DNA of 61,859 bases, filler included. It is 4 parts of 4 records of this genome, joined end to end, with 100 filler letters (N's around TTAATTAATTAA, not from the genome) between each part and the next. Parts side by side here need not be neighbours in the genome. Positions count along the whole stretch, not along the records: positions 29,668 to 35,879 come from DRR723986_2348; positions 35,980 to 53,062 come from DRR723986_2352; 2 more parts are not named here. One strand, 5' to 3'. Shown piece after piece: positions 29,705-39,148 of this stretch (positions are counted from its first letter, which is position 1; every line of letters starts with the position of its first letter). Both the position numbers and the translations under genes were made by a program. The notes beneath the pieces were generated by a model, which saw nothing but the letters and a program-made list of their open reading frames with translations, searched no databases and was not told the DNA's origin.

Positions 29705-29821
29705 CTTTCACTAATATCATCAGTGGGTTTTGCGCAGTCTTGCATGGGCTGGCTCGCTGTGTTCAGTCGGGTTGGGAGGTCACAGGCCCAAGTTTGTCTC
29801 TGCATTGGCAATCAAAACCGT

Positions 29822-29857
29822 TGATCTATGGCAACATGACCCGCAATTCATAGATCA
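29822..29857. repeat. 9-bp inverted repeat, possible REP-like element or terminator
   Basis: TGATCTATG-N18-CATAGATCA, 17 nt beyond the stop of the large surface protein. Confidence 0.4.
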
Positions 29858-29873
29858 GGGAGGGATCCCGCCC

Positions 29874-32800
29874 CTAGGCGACAAAGGGATCCTCCACCAC
29901 ACCCACGACTGAGATCAGGAATTCGCCGTTCTGTGCATCCAGCGCATCCGCATAATAGCCATCAATCGCGGCCTTCGCGGCGGTGATGCTGTCTGCACTT
30001 CCGTCGAACAAGGACATGGCCGCACGGGCATTTTCCACATCGCTCATGCCCTTGATGGCCGAGAAATAGGTGCCAAGATCGCCCTTGTTTGACAGATAAG
30101 CCACATCGGCGGCCTTTTGATCCTTGAAGGCCTGGCTTGCATCCTCCGCCGCCGGGGCTTTTGCCCCTCTGATGATCTCAAGCATGAAGGTTGGCAGCGC
30201 CACAGCGCCGCTTTCCAGAACCGACACCCAGAAATCCAAGCCAGCTTGATCAAATGCGCGGCCCAGCACGTTTTGATAAACCTGTTGGGCAAACCCCTGA
30301 AGATCGGTGATCTCTTCGCCATAGATGCTGCGGGTTTCGTCCTGATCAAAGAACAGGCCCGCGATGGTTTCCAATGGGGTGCCGTTGGACAGGGCATTTG
30401 CCCAGAAAAACAGCCCCTCGGCATCGGGAGCGCGGTTGAAATAGGCGATATACATCTCGATGAAGGTCGAAAACTCCGCCTCGCTCAGCGTGGTCACGTC
30501 AGAAAAGACATGCAGCGGCCAATCGTTGTCCAAAAAGGCCAAGGTTTCGATATTTGCGATCTGGTCGGTGCCATCCCCATCGGCCCGGCGGTCGTCCACG
30601 ATGATACCGTGCTGGCTGAGGGTAATGGAATAGCTTGCCCGATCCGCGGTCAAGGCCAGCGTATCGTGATCGTCCAGACCATCAATCAGATCGTTGCCAG
30701 AGGTGCCGTCCAGTTGATCGGCGGAACTTGTGCCGATGATCGGGTCGGGCATGGCAAGGGCCGCACTGGCAAGGGTCGCTGCCGCGCCGGTGCTGTCGAC
30801 ATATTGCAGTTGCACGGTGATATCACGGCCCATCAGCTCTGGCGTGATTTGCAACATGGCCTCGGTCGCGCCGGTGATGGGCTGTCCGTCGCTGATCCAT
30901 TGGTAGTTCTCGCTGTTCACGGCGAGGCCGTCCGGATCAATCAACTGGTCTTTGGAAACCTGCAACACCTCGAACAAACCGGCAGCACCGCTGATGCCAA
31001 GCGATCCCGTCACCGGTGATGCCTCAGCCGCAACTGGACCGGTTGCAGGGCTGTTCACTGCCTCCGCTGTGCCGCCCTGATCGGTATAAGACACCGCAAC
31101 CGAGATCGCCGCGCCGACGTCTGCCGCGCCAAGGGTTAGGGTATTGGCCGTGGCACCAGCAATTGCGATCCCGCCACGCAACCATTGATAGGATAACGTG
31201 CTGGTGTCGATGGTGTCGGGATCCACCAGCTGAGACAGGTTGACCGATAGCGTTTGCCCCACAACCGCAGCGCCGGTGATCTCAACGCCGCCCGTTGGCG
31301 CATCATTCACGTTGTTTATCGTCACAGTGACGGTCGCGGTGTCGCTGCCGCCGCTTTGATCCGTTGCGGTATACGTGAATGTGTCGGTGCCGTAGAAATC
31401 AGGGTCGGGCGTGTAGGTGACCGTGCCATCCGCGTTCAGGGCTGCATCGCCAGCACTGCCAGTGGTCACCGAAAGGATGGTCAAAGAGTCGTCTTCTGCG
31501 TCGCTGTCATTGTCCAACAGGTTCGCGATGACAAGCGCTGCGTCTTCGGTGCCTGCTGCGGTGTCATCTTGCGCCACAGGCGGGTCGTTCACTGCGTCGA
31601 TGGTCAGATCAAAGGTTTGCGTTGCGGTGCCGCCGTTTCCATCCGTCACGGCAATAGTGATCGTATCGGTCCCAACGTCTGCCTGCGTCGGTGTGCCGCT
31701 GATGGTGCCGGTCGTTGGATCAAGGGACAGCCAGCTCGGCAAAACGGTGTTTTCTGCGTCGATGGTTGCGGTGTCGCCGTCCTCATCAGCAAAGGTCGGG
31801 GTGTAGCTATAGAGGGTGTCTTCGGTGCCGGTGAGGATTGGGGAGGTTTCAAAAACCGGGTCGTCATTGACGTTCAGCACCTCAATGACAAATTCCTGTG
31901 TGGCTGTCAGTCCACCCGGATCTGAAATGACAAAATTGAAAGCGTTACCATCGGTGCCGACATTCTCTTGTGTCGGGGTGCCTGTCAGGACACCGCCCAC
32001 CGGTGTCAACCAGGAGGGCCATGAGGAGCTGACAAAGCTGAGGTTGTCGTCGTCGGGGTCATCTGCCGTCACGCGGTAAGAGAAAACCTCGTCCTCGTTG
32101 ATGGTCAGGGGCGGCACGCTGGTGAATTCAGGAGCTCGGTTGGCAAACACCCCCTGAAGGGTGACCGAAGTGTCGCCATTAAAGGTAAACACGCGGTATC
32201 CATCTGCATCAACAGTTTCGACCACCACGGGTTCGCTGCCAAACCCGACAGAGCCGAATTGATCAATGCCGATCTGAAAATCTGTGATGACGTCGTGGCC
32301 ACCGCCGGGGGAGAACTGAAAGATGTCGGCGCTGCCGCCGCCGGTCAGGGTGTCATCGCCGCCCATACCATTGATCCGGTTGCTGCCCGCGTTGCCAATG
32401 ATGACATTGCCGACCTCGTTGCCGGTCGCGCTGGCGTTTCCACCTCCGGTCAACGTCAGGTTTTCGATCTGGTTCTCGCCACCCGCTGCCGTCCAGGACA
32501 ACAAGGCCCAACTTACGCTTGAACGGACCTCATCAATGTCGCCCGTCGCCGTGTTGCCGGGGCCCATCACATCGGAGGACAGCTCAATCGTCTGATCACC
32601 AAAGTTATCGACGATGTAGACCGTCGCACCGCCGCTGCCTTGCATGTAATCCGCGCCGGTGCCGCCGTCGATGTATTGCACCGCGCCGCGCCCGGTTATG
32701 CTGTCGTTGCCCGCCTCGCCATAGGTGATAGAGTTGTTTCCGGCAGGCAGATCATCGCCCATATTGATCAGGTCATCGCCATCGCCGCCATAGATCACGT

Positions 32801-33440
32801 CGGTGATGGAAAGGTCGTCTTCGGCGACGCCGAGGACTGCGCCATCATGGTCCGGGTCCGGTCCGTTTGAGCTTACGATGGTGTCATTGCCGCCGCCGCC
32901 CAGGATAGTGTCTGCGCCCAGCCCGCCTATGATGCTGTCGTCGTTGTCACTGCCCTCGATCAGGTCGTCGCCACCCAATCCGTAAATCGTGTCGTTGCCC
33001 GCAAGGCCAAGCAGGGTGTCGTCCGCCTCGGTTCCGACGATAAGTTCGTCCGGCGCGGTGCCGCTGACACTGTTCAACAGATCCACAATTTCCAAAGTAT
33101 AGGTGCCGGTCCCAGTCAACCCGGTTGCGGATAGATAATAGACACCGCTGTAAGGTGCGTAGAATGTCGTTGCACTGTTTGTTGTGTCAGCGGAGGCATC
33201 GTCATTGCCGGTATCCACCGCCGCCGTGCCATCGGACAAAAAGACACCGGCAAATTCCGGATTGGCCATAGTACCGTCCGCGGTATCCAACCCGCGCATC
33301 TCAATCGCATAGACGCGCCCGGCGATCAGCGTGACCTCAAACCAGTCCGCATCACCAATAACCTCTATCTCGCCAGTGACGGCTGTTCCGGGGGTAATAG
33401 CACCGGTTGTCAGAATGGTGTCGGCAAAATCGTCAGGCAT
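29874..33440 (-). CDS. Large secreted RTX / Ig-cadherin-repeat surface protein with C-terminal DUF4214-like domain
   Basis: N-terminal PPC-like segment (GDADWFEVTL), GGxGxD hemolysin-type repeats, Ig/cadherin repeats (LPSWLSLDPTTGTISGTP, VNDPPVAQDD, YTPDPDFYGTDTFTY), C-terminal YIAYFNRAPDAEGLFFW and YQNVLGRAFDQAGLDFW. Confidence 0.85.
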   Translation of the reverse strand: MPDDFADTILTTGAITPGTAVTGEIEVIGDADWFEVTLIAGRVYAIEMRGLDTADGTMANPEFAGVFLSDGTAAVDTGNDDASADTTNSATTFYAPYSGVYYLSATGLTGTGTYTLEIVDLLNSVSGTAPDELIVGTEADDTLLGLAGNDTIYGLGGDDLIEGSDNDDSIIGGLGADTILGGGGNDTIVSSNGPDPDHDGAVLGVAEDDLSITDVIYGGDGDDLINMGDDLPAGNNSITYGEAGNDSITGRGAVQYIDGGTGADYMQGSGGATVYIVDNFGDQTIELSSDVMGPGNTATGDIDEVRSSVSWALLSWTAAGGENQIENLTLTGGGNASATGNEVGNVIIGNAGSNRINGMGGDDTLTGGGSADIFQFSPGGGHDVITDFQIGIDQFGSVGFGSEPVVVETVDADGYRVFTFNGDTSVTLQGVFANRAPEFTSVPPLTINEDEVFSYRVTADDPDDDNLSFVSSSWPSWLTPVGGVLTGTPTQENVGTDGNAFNFVISDPGGLTATQEFVIEVLNVNDDPVFETSPILTGTEDTLYSYTPTFADEDGDTATIDAENTVLPSWLSLDPTTGTISGTPTQADVGTDTITIAVTDGNGGTATQTFDLTIDAVNDPPVAQDDTAAGTEDAALVIANLLDNDSDAEDDSLTILSVTTGSAGDAALNADGTVTYTPDPDFYGTDTFTYTATDQSGGSDTATVTVTINNVNDAPTGGVEITGAAVVGQTLSVNLSQLVDPDTIDTSTLSYQWLRGGIAIAGATANTLTLGAADVGAAISVAVSYTDQGGTAEAVNSPATGPVAAEASPVTGSLGISGAAGLFEVLQVSKDQLIDPDGLAVNSENYQWISDGQPITGATEAMLQITPELMGRDITVQLQYVDSTGAAATLASAALAMPDPIIGTSSADQLDGTSGNDLIDGLDDHDTLALTADRASYSITLSQHGIIVDDRRADGDGTDQIANIETLAFLDNDWPLHVFSDVTTLSEAEFSTFIEMYIAYFNRAPDAEGLFFWANALSNGTPLETIAGLFFDQDETRSIYGEEITDLQGFAQQVYQNVLGRAFDQAGLDFWVSVLESGAVALPTFMLEIIRGAKAPAAEDASQAFKDQKAADVAYLSNKGDLGTYFSAIKGMSDVENARAAMSLFDGSADSITAAKAAIDGYYADALDAQNGEFLISVVGVVEDPFVA

Positions 33441-33666
33441 TTAATTGGCTTTCTCAAATGTCGTGGGGCAGGCAATCGTTTGCGCTTTGCCGCTTGATGA
33501 TCCGGGGCAGGGGCAGATCTGTTTGATTTGGAGATGCAATTCGCCCTGGCCCGCTGCTGAACAAAGTGGCGTACCCTAGACCCGGACCGCAAGGGGGGCC
33601 AAGCGGAAATTCGGCAGGCCTTGCTTTGAGGAGGCAAGATTTGGTCAAAGAGCCGCAATTGCCGCG

Positions 33667-33714
33667 CCCCTAGATATGGTGGCAAGAGGCGCAAAGCCAT
33701 CCTAGATGAAGTGA
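33667..33714. promoter_or_regulatory. Tandem NrdR-box-like pair
   Basis: CCCCTAGATATGGTGG (33667-33682) and weaker ATCCTAGATGAAGTGA (33699-33714), 32 bp apart start to start. Confidence 0.5.
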
Positions 33715-33803
33715 TTGGCGGAACCGGTGCTACAAGAGATTCGGTGCCGATTCTGTAGGCGCGGCGGCAAAACGGGCGCTGTGCGGTGCAGAAAAGCGCA
33801 AAG

Positions 33804-33819
33804 GTTAACGCAGGGTTAG
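33804..33819 (-). promoter_or_regulatory. CtrA-box-like site
   Basis: Minus strand CTAA-N7-TTAAC, one mismatch to TTAA-N7-TTAAC. Confidence 0.35.
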
Positions 33820-33854
33820 CGATGGCGCGGCCTTCGGTTTTTGTAACTGGATTT

Positions 33855-33863
33855 TGTGGATAA
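33855..33863 (-). promoter_or_regulatory. Perfect DnaA box
   Basis: TGTGGATAA is the reverse complement of TTATCCACA; upstream of a ribonucleotide reductase gene. Confidence 0.55.
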
Positions 33864-34098
33864 CTTCACCCAACAGATGAGCAGTTTTGGCTAAGCCTGC
33901 CGGAAACTTCGGTTAATTGGGATGCAGTGCGGACCCGTGCCGAGGCAAGAGGCTGGGGATAGTTTGGCATTGAATCACTTTGTCCGGTTTGGTCCGGGTG
34001 GAATATCTCTGGTCAACAAATTCTTTTGGAAATTTTTACAATATTTCCGTTGACCCATTAGGGGTGAATACGTCAGTTTGTGGAGGCCGACGATGATG

Positions 34099-34114
34099 CC
34101 ACAATATGTAGTGG
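34099..34114. promoter_or_regulatory. NrdR box
   Basis: CCACAATATGTAGTGG matches the NrdR consensus; about 200 nt upstream of nrdJ. Confidence 0.8.
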
Positions 34115-34314
34115 ATGAAACCACAAGGGCGCATCGCTGGTGCAGGCAGGTTTAGGACTAAATACCAAAGTCAGATGCTGCGTTACAGCCGGCCAAATAT
34201 TATTGGCCGGGCCAAAAAACGACTGCGCCATACCGGCGGAAACGAAGGGGTGGAGGCGACCTGCAATGACGGGTGCGGCTCTTGATGTGAACAGCTGGAT
34301 ATGAGGCAGCGACA

Positions 34315-35879
34315 ATGAAGATTGAACGGAATTTCACCAAAGCCGGGCAGGACGCCTATGCGGACCTGGATTTTATCACCACGGTATCAGAAATCCGAAA
34401 CCCCGATGGATCGGTGGTGTTCAAACTGGACGATGTCGAAGTTCCGTCAAGCTGGAGCCAGGTTGCAAGCGATGTGATCGCGCAGAAGTATTTCCGCAAG
34501 GCGGGCGTGCCGAGCAAGCTCAAGAAGGTCAAGGAAAAAGGCGTGCCAGAGTTCCTGTGGCGCTCTGTTGCAGTGGACGGCGCCGAAATGGGCGGTGAGA
34601 CCTCGTCCAAGCAGGTGTTCGACCGCTTGGCGGGCGCTTGGGCCTATTGGGGCTGGAAAGGTGGTTATTTCACCACCGAAGACGACGCCCGCGCCTATTA
34701 TGACGAAATGCGCCACATGCTGGCCAGCCAACGTGCCGCGCCGAACTCTCCTCAGTGGTTCAACACCGGCCTGCATTGGGCGTACGGCATCGATGGTCCG
34801 GCACAGGGCCACTATTATGTCGATCACAAATCCGGCAAGCTGACCCGCTCCAAATCCTCATATGAACATCCGCAGCCGCATGCCTGCTTTATCCAGTCGG
34901 TTGCCGATGATCTGGTGGGCGATGGCGGCATCATGGATCTTTGGGTCCGCGAGGCGCGTCTGTTCAAATACGGCTCCGGCACCGGCACCAACTTTTCGTC
35001 CCTGCGGGCCGCAGGAGAAAGCCTGTCTGGTGGCGGCAAATCCTCTGGCTTGATGGGATTCCTGAAAATCGGTGACCGCGCTGCGGGCGCTATTAAATCG
35101 GGCGGCACAACGCGCCGCGCGGCCAAAATGGTGATCGTCGATGCCGATCACCCCGACATCGAAGAATTCATCAACTGGAAGGTTCTCGAAGAGCAGAAAG
35201 TGGCGTCCATCGTCGCAGGCTCCAAGATGCACGAGCAAAAGCTGAACCAGATCTTTGACGCCATCAAAGCATGGGACGGGGCAGAGGCAGACGCCTATGA
35301 TCCGGCCAAGAATGATCAGTTGAAAGCCGCCGTGCGCGACGCCAAAAAAGTTGCGATCCCAGAGACTTATGTCAAGCGTGTGCTGGATTACGCCAAGCAG
35401 GGTCACACCAGCATCGAATTCCCCACCTATGACACCGACTGGGATTCCGAAGCCTATAATTCTGTATCGGGCCAGAACTCCAACAACTCCATCCGTGTCA
35501 CCAACGCATTTCTCACAGCCGTGGAAAAAGACGCTGATTGGGAACTGATCGACCGGGTGAACGGCAAAGTATCCAAAACCGTCCGGGCCCGCGATCTGTG
35601 GGAACAGGTGGGCCACGCGGCATGGGCCTGCGCCGATCCGGGTATCCAGTATCACGACACGGTCAACGAATGGCACACATGCCCCGAGGACGGCGCCATT
35701 CGCGGCTCAAACCCTTGTTCTGAATACATGTTCCTTGATGACACGGCCTGTAACCTTGCCTCGATGAACTTGCTGACCTTCCTCAAGGATGGCGAGTTCC
35801 AGGTCGAAGACTACATGCATGCCTCGCGTCTGTGGACAGTGACACTGGAAATCTCGGTGATGATGGCGCAGTTCCCGTC
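34315..35879 (+). CDS. nrdJ: Adenosylcobalamin-dependent (class II) ribonucleotide reductase, 3'-truncated
   Basis: APNSPQWFNTG, PQPHACFIQ, GSGTGTNFS, SGGTTRRAAKM, thiyl-radical motif SNPCSEY, TACNLAS. Confidence 0.95.
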
Positions 35880-35979
35880 NNNNNNNNNNNNNNNNNNNNN
35901 NNNNNNNNNNNNNNNNNNNNNNNTTAATTAATTAANNNNNNNNNNNNNNNNNNNNNNNNNNNNNNNNNNNNNNNNNNNN
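35880..35979. other. Artificial contig linker
   Basis: N44-TTAATTAATTAA-N44. Confidence 0.98.
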
Positions 35980-36009
35980 CGGATCTGCGCTTCGCTTGTC
36001 CGGGGTGAC
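35980..36009 (-). repeat. REP-like palindromic element (copy 1, cut by the contig end)
   Basis: Minus strand GTCACCCCGGACAAGCGAAGCGCAGATCCG; 24/26 identical to 49975-50000. Confidence 0.65.
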
Positions 36010-36075
36010 TCAGGTGGTGAGGTGGTTCCGAATACGATGAACTTGGAAACGTTCCGCAGGTGGATGGTCAGCACC

Positions 36076-38193
36076 TCAGGAAACGACCTCGATGCGCGGA
36101 GTGACTTCCCCGGCTTCTTCCACGTCCTGCGGAAACCGCAATTCGACGGTCGTGCCCTTGCCCGGCTCAGAGAAGATATTTGCCGTGCCACCGCTTTGGC
36201 GAACGAAGCCATAGACGACAGCAAGGCCCAGCCCCGCGCCGCCTTCACTGGTCTTGGTGGTGAAATAGGGCTCGAAGGCCTTGTCGACCTCTTCCCGGCT
36301 CATGCCGATGCCCGTGTCCTGGACAGCGACCACGACCGCGTCCCCGTTTGAAAATGTGGCAACCTGCACTTCGCCGCCGTCGGGCATCGCCGCTGCCGAA
36401 TTCAGGCAGAGATTGAGTACCGATTGCTCGAACAGTTCCGGATCGAGCACCAGCGGTGGCAAGCTGTCGTCCAGATCCAGTTTCAGACTGCATTTCTCGC
36501 CGATGGCGATTTCCAGAATGTCCGCCATGCCGCGCAGCAACGAGGACATACCGATGCGACTGAGATTGGCAGGCTGCTGACGGCCGATGGTCAACATGCT
36601 GCTGGCAAGCGACCGACCTCGATCCGCCGCCTTGCGAATGCGGGCAATGTTGCGGGCCTGACGATCGCTGAAGCCGCCGTCCCGCTCCAGCAGTCCGAGG
36701 CTTCCGGTAATGATGCCGATGGTGTTGCCGACCTCGTGGCTGAGCTGATGCGTCAGGCGCATGATGCCGTCAAGCCTCTGGGCCTTGGCCGCCTCCGCCT
36801 CCTGCCGGTCCAGCAAGGTCACATCCCGGGCGAGCAGCACGACACCGTCATCGCTTTGCCGCGACAGCGAGATTTCCGTCACCGACCCGTTCTCGGAACG
36901 ATGACGTACGGAAAAGGGGGCGCTCAAGGGTCTGCCGTCGGGCGCACCCGGAAGCAGTTCGGTCCGGATTTCCGGGACCGGCTCCAGAAACTGGACAAGC
37001 GGCAGCTTGCGGGCAGCACCCTTGTGACCCAGCAATTCGATGACCCGCCGGTTCATGGTGACCGGTTTGCCGGCAGCATCGAAGATGGCAATGCCCTCAT
37101 TCATGCTGCGGAAGGTGGAACGGATTGTCCTGGCAGCGGCCTCCGCCGTGCGCCGCAGACGTGTGACCCGGTCAACGCTTTCCTTGAAGGCGAGAAAGGC
37201 CTGTTGCAGGTTCAGGAGCTCGGTTTCATCGCCCTGATAGACCGGCGGACCGACATCCTTCTGCCCCTTGGCAAGGGCGTTCATGCCGCTGGACAGCGAA
37301 ACGATGCCTTTCGAGACCCGGATGACCGAACGGATCGACATCACCGCCATGGTCAGCACCAGCAGTGAAGCCACGGCAACGATCACCAGAAGCTGCTGCA
37401 GGGTGGCCGAGGTCGACTGGAAATCCCGGTTGAGGGTTTCCGTCACGATGCCCGACTGGGTTTCCGTCGCAAGGGACAGCTCCCGCGCCACCGTGTGCAG
37501 TCTGGCAATTGCGCTGCGCACGGCGAACATTTCCAGGAGATAGCTGGTCTGCGCCTCGAAAACCCGCTCATAGGGCCTGAGGTCCGACGGCGGCAATGAG
37601 GCCGCGGCAGGCTCCGCCACATAGCGCCGCTTCAATTCACCCAGCTGAAACAGGCTGCCCGCACTCGACACGGAATGCACGATGGCATTGAGGCGCTGGC
37701 GAGGTTCCTTCTGGCTGGCCGTGTCGGCAACGGCGATCATGCCGAGCGCGGAGGAGACTTCTTCCTTGTAGTGCTGGGCGGTTTCGGCCTTGGCAGACAG
37801 CGCGAGCGTCTGCGCACGGATCTGCCCGAGAAGTTCGAAGATCCGTGTGTTGGCAGCCCGGTAGGTCTCCTTGCCCGGCGGATAGTCAGGAAGCGAACTC
37901 AACAACTGGTCGACCTGCTCCACCAGCAGCCGGCTCTTGCCAGAGACGGTGTAGGGCGAGGTCGCATTCATCAGGAAAGGCGCACTGGAGACGAGGTCAG
38001 ACACCTGCCGCGAGACCAGCGCGGCATCAGCCAGACTGGTGAAGGCCTGCAGCCCGTAGGCGGCGGTTTCCTCACGCGCCTTCAAAAGCCCGTAGATCGC
38101 GATGGCCGACAGCGTGAAGGCGACGGCGCAGATCAGCGCGATGGCGGCAGGCAGCCTGAAGGCAATGGAAGAAAGAACCGGCCGGCTGATCAT
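36076..38193 (-). CDS. Membrane sensor histidine kinase (periplasmic domain, HAMP, PAS, HisKA, HATPase)
   Basis: Two transmembrane segments, SMNEGIAIFD (PAS), H-box SHEVGN, LNLCLNS, DTGIGM, FEPYFTTK, GAGLGLAVV. Confidence 0.92.
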   Translation of the reverse strand: MISRPVLSSIAFRLPAAIALICAVAFTLSAIAIYGLLKAREETAAYGLQAFTSLADAALVSRQVSDLVSSAPFLMNATSPYTVSGKSRLLVEQVDQLLSSLPDYPPGKETYRAANTRIFELLGQIRAQTLALSAKAETAQHYKEEVSSALGMIAVADTASQKEPRQRLNAIVHSVSSAGSLFQLGELKRRYVAEPAAASLPPSDLRPYERVFEAQTSYLLEMFAVRSAIARLHTVARELSLATETQSGIVTETLNRDFQSTSATLQQLLVIVAVASLLVLTMAVMSIRSVIRVSKGIVSLSSGMNALAKGQKDVGPPVYQGDETELLNLQQAFLAFKESVDRVTRLRRTAEAAARTIRSTFRSMNEGIAIFDAAGKPVTMNRRVIELLGHKGAARKLPLVQFLEPVPEIRTELLPGAPDGRPLSAPFSVRHRSENGSVTEISLSRQSDDGVVLLARDVTLLDRQEAEAAKAQRLDGIMRLTHQLSHEVGNTIGIITGSLGLLERDGGFSDRQARNIARIRKAADRGRSLASSMLTIGRQQPANLSRIGMSSLLRGMADILEIAIGEKCSLKLDLDDSLPPLVLDPELFEQSVLNLCLNSAAAMPDGGEVQVATFSNGDAVVVAVQDTGIGMSREEVDKAFEPYFTTKTSEGGAGLGLAVVYGFVRQSGGTANIFSEPGKGTTVELRFPQDVEEAGEVTPRIEVVS

Positions 38194-38937
38194 TTAAGGT
38201 GCATGGGCGGGATCCTGATGCAGGATATAGCCCTTCCCCCGGCGGGTCTTGATATGTTGCGGCAGGTCCGGGTTTCGCTCGATCTTGCGGCGAAGCCGCA
38301 GGACCAGAACATCGACGTTGCGATCGATCAGCCGGTCTGTTTCCGCACCCAGCTGTTCCAGGATCTTGGTCCGGCTCACCGGTTCGTTTGGCGTCGATGC
38401 CAGGATCTCCAGCAGGGAAAATTCCGACGACGTCAGCGTCCGGGTCGGGTGAGACGTGCAGACGGCCTTGCGATTGACGAGATCGATCACCCAGTCGCCC
38501 AGAAGCAGCGCGGTCGGCTCGTGCTGAACGCTGATGGTGTCCTTGTCGCTGCCGCGCAGGGACGGATGCATCCGCCGGAGCACCGCCTTGATCCGGGCGG
38601 TGAGTTCAATCGGCTCGAACGGCTTGACCACATAATCGTCGGCGGCGGTTTCAAGGCCAAGCACACGCTCTGCGGCGCTACCGGCGGCCGTCACCATCAC
38701 AATGCCGATATCGGTCTGCGACCGCAACTTCTGCGCAAACACCCGGCCGGACATGCCCGGCAGGTTATGGTCGACCAGAACCAGATGAAAGGCATGCTCC
38801 GGCAGGATCCGCGCAGCTTCTTCCGCCGAGCGCGCGGCAACCGGCGACCAGCCTTCGGCTTCCAGAAGATCCGATATCAATTCCGCCATATCCTGATCGT
38901 CCTCCACGATCAGGATCTTGATGCCTTCGTTCAGCAA
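38194..38937 (-). CDS. OmpR-family response regulator
   Basis: IVEDD, LVDHNLPG, DDYVVKPF, winged helix DRNVDVLVLRLRRKIE..IKTRRGKGY. Confidence 0.94.
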   Translation of the reverse strand: MLNEGIKILIVEDDQDMAELISDLLEAEGWSPVAARSAEEAARILPEHAFHLVLVDHNLPGMSGRVFAQKLRSQTDIGIVMVTAAGSAAERVLGLETAADDYVVKPFEPIELTARIKAVLRRMHPSLRGSDKDTISVQHEPTALLLGDWVIDLVNRKAVCTSHPTRTLTSSEFSLLEILASTPNEPVSRTKILEQLGAETDRLIDRNVDVLVLRLRRKIERNPDLPQHIKTRRGKGYILHQDPAHAP

Positions 38938-39006
38938 ACCTATGTCCTCCCGAGTGACATCATAGGCATAGAGCCGTATTATGCAAAGCCTTGGTTTTTC
39001 AATTGC

Positions 39007-39042
39007 TTGTCACATTTGTAAGGCTTGTAATATTTGTAACTC
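39007..39042. promoter_or_regulatory. Four TTGT(C/A)A direct repeats with 9-bp period; putative response-regulator site
   Basis: TTGTCACAT TTGTAAGGC TTGTAATAT TTGTAACTC in the divergent promoter region. Confidence 0.55.
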
Positions 39043-39148
39043 TTTTCTTTTGCCAGCGAAACAACAGTAACCAATCTCCTGTTGCGAACACTGCCTCTTC
39101 TGCCATGGTAATAGCTGTCCGGGGCCTGGTTCCGGACTGGGAGGAAAC

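Noticed and set aside
32300-33050. Recurrent GCCGCC/GTCGTC-like repeats as a possible array
   Set aside because: They encode GGxGxD RTX repeats; there is no constant repeat-spacer structure, so this is not CRISPR
34115-34314. Cobalamin riboswitch upstream of nrdJ
   Set aside because: No recognisable B12-box or conserved core by eye; only a generic hairpin
37675-39021. 448-aa plus-strand ORF
   Set aside because: Antisense shadow of the kinase and regulator genes in GC-rich DNA; no recognisable motifs
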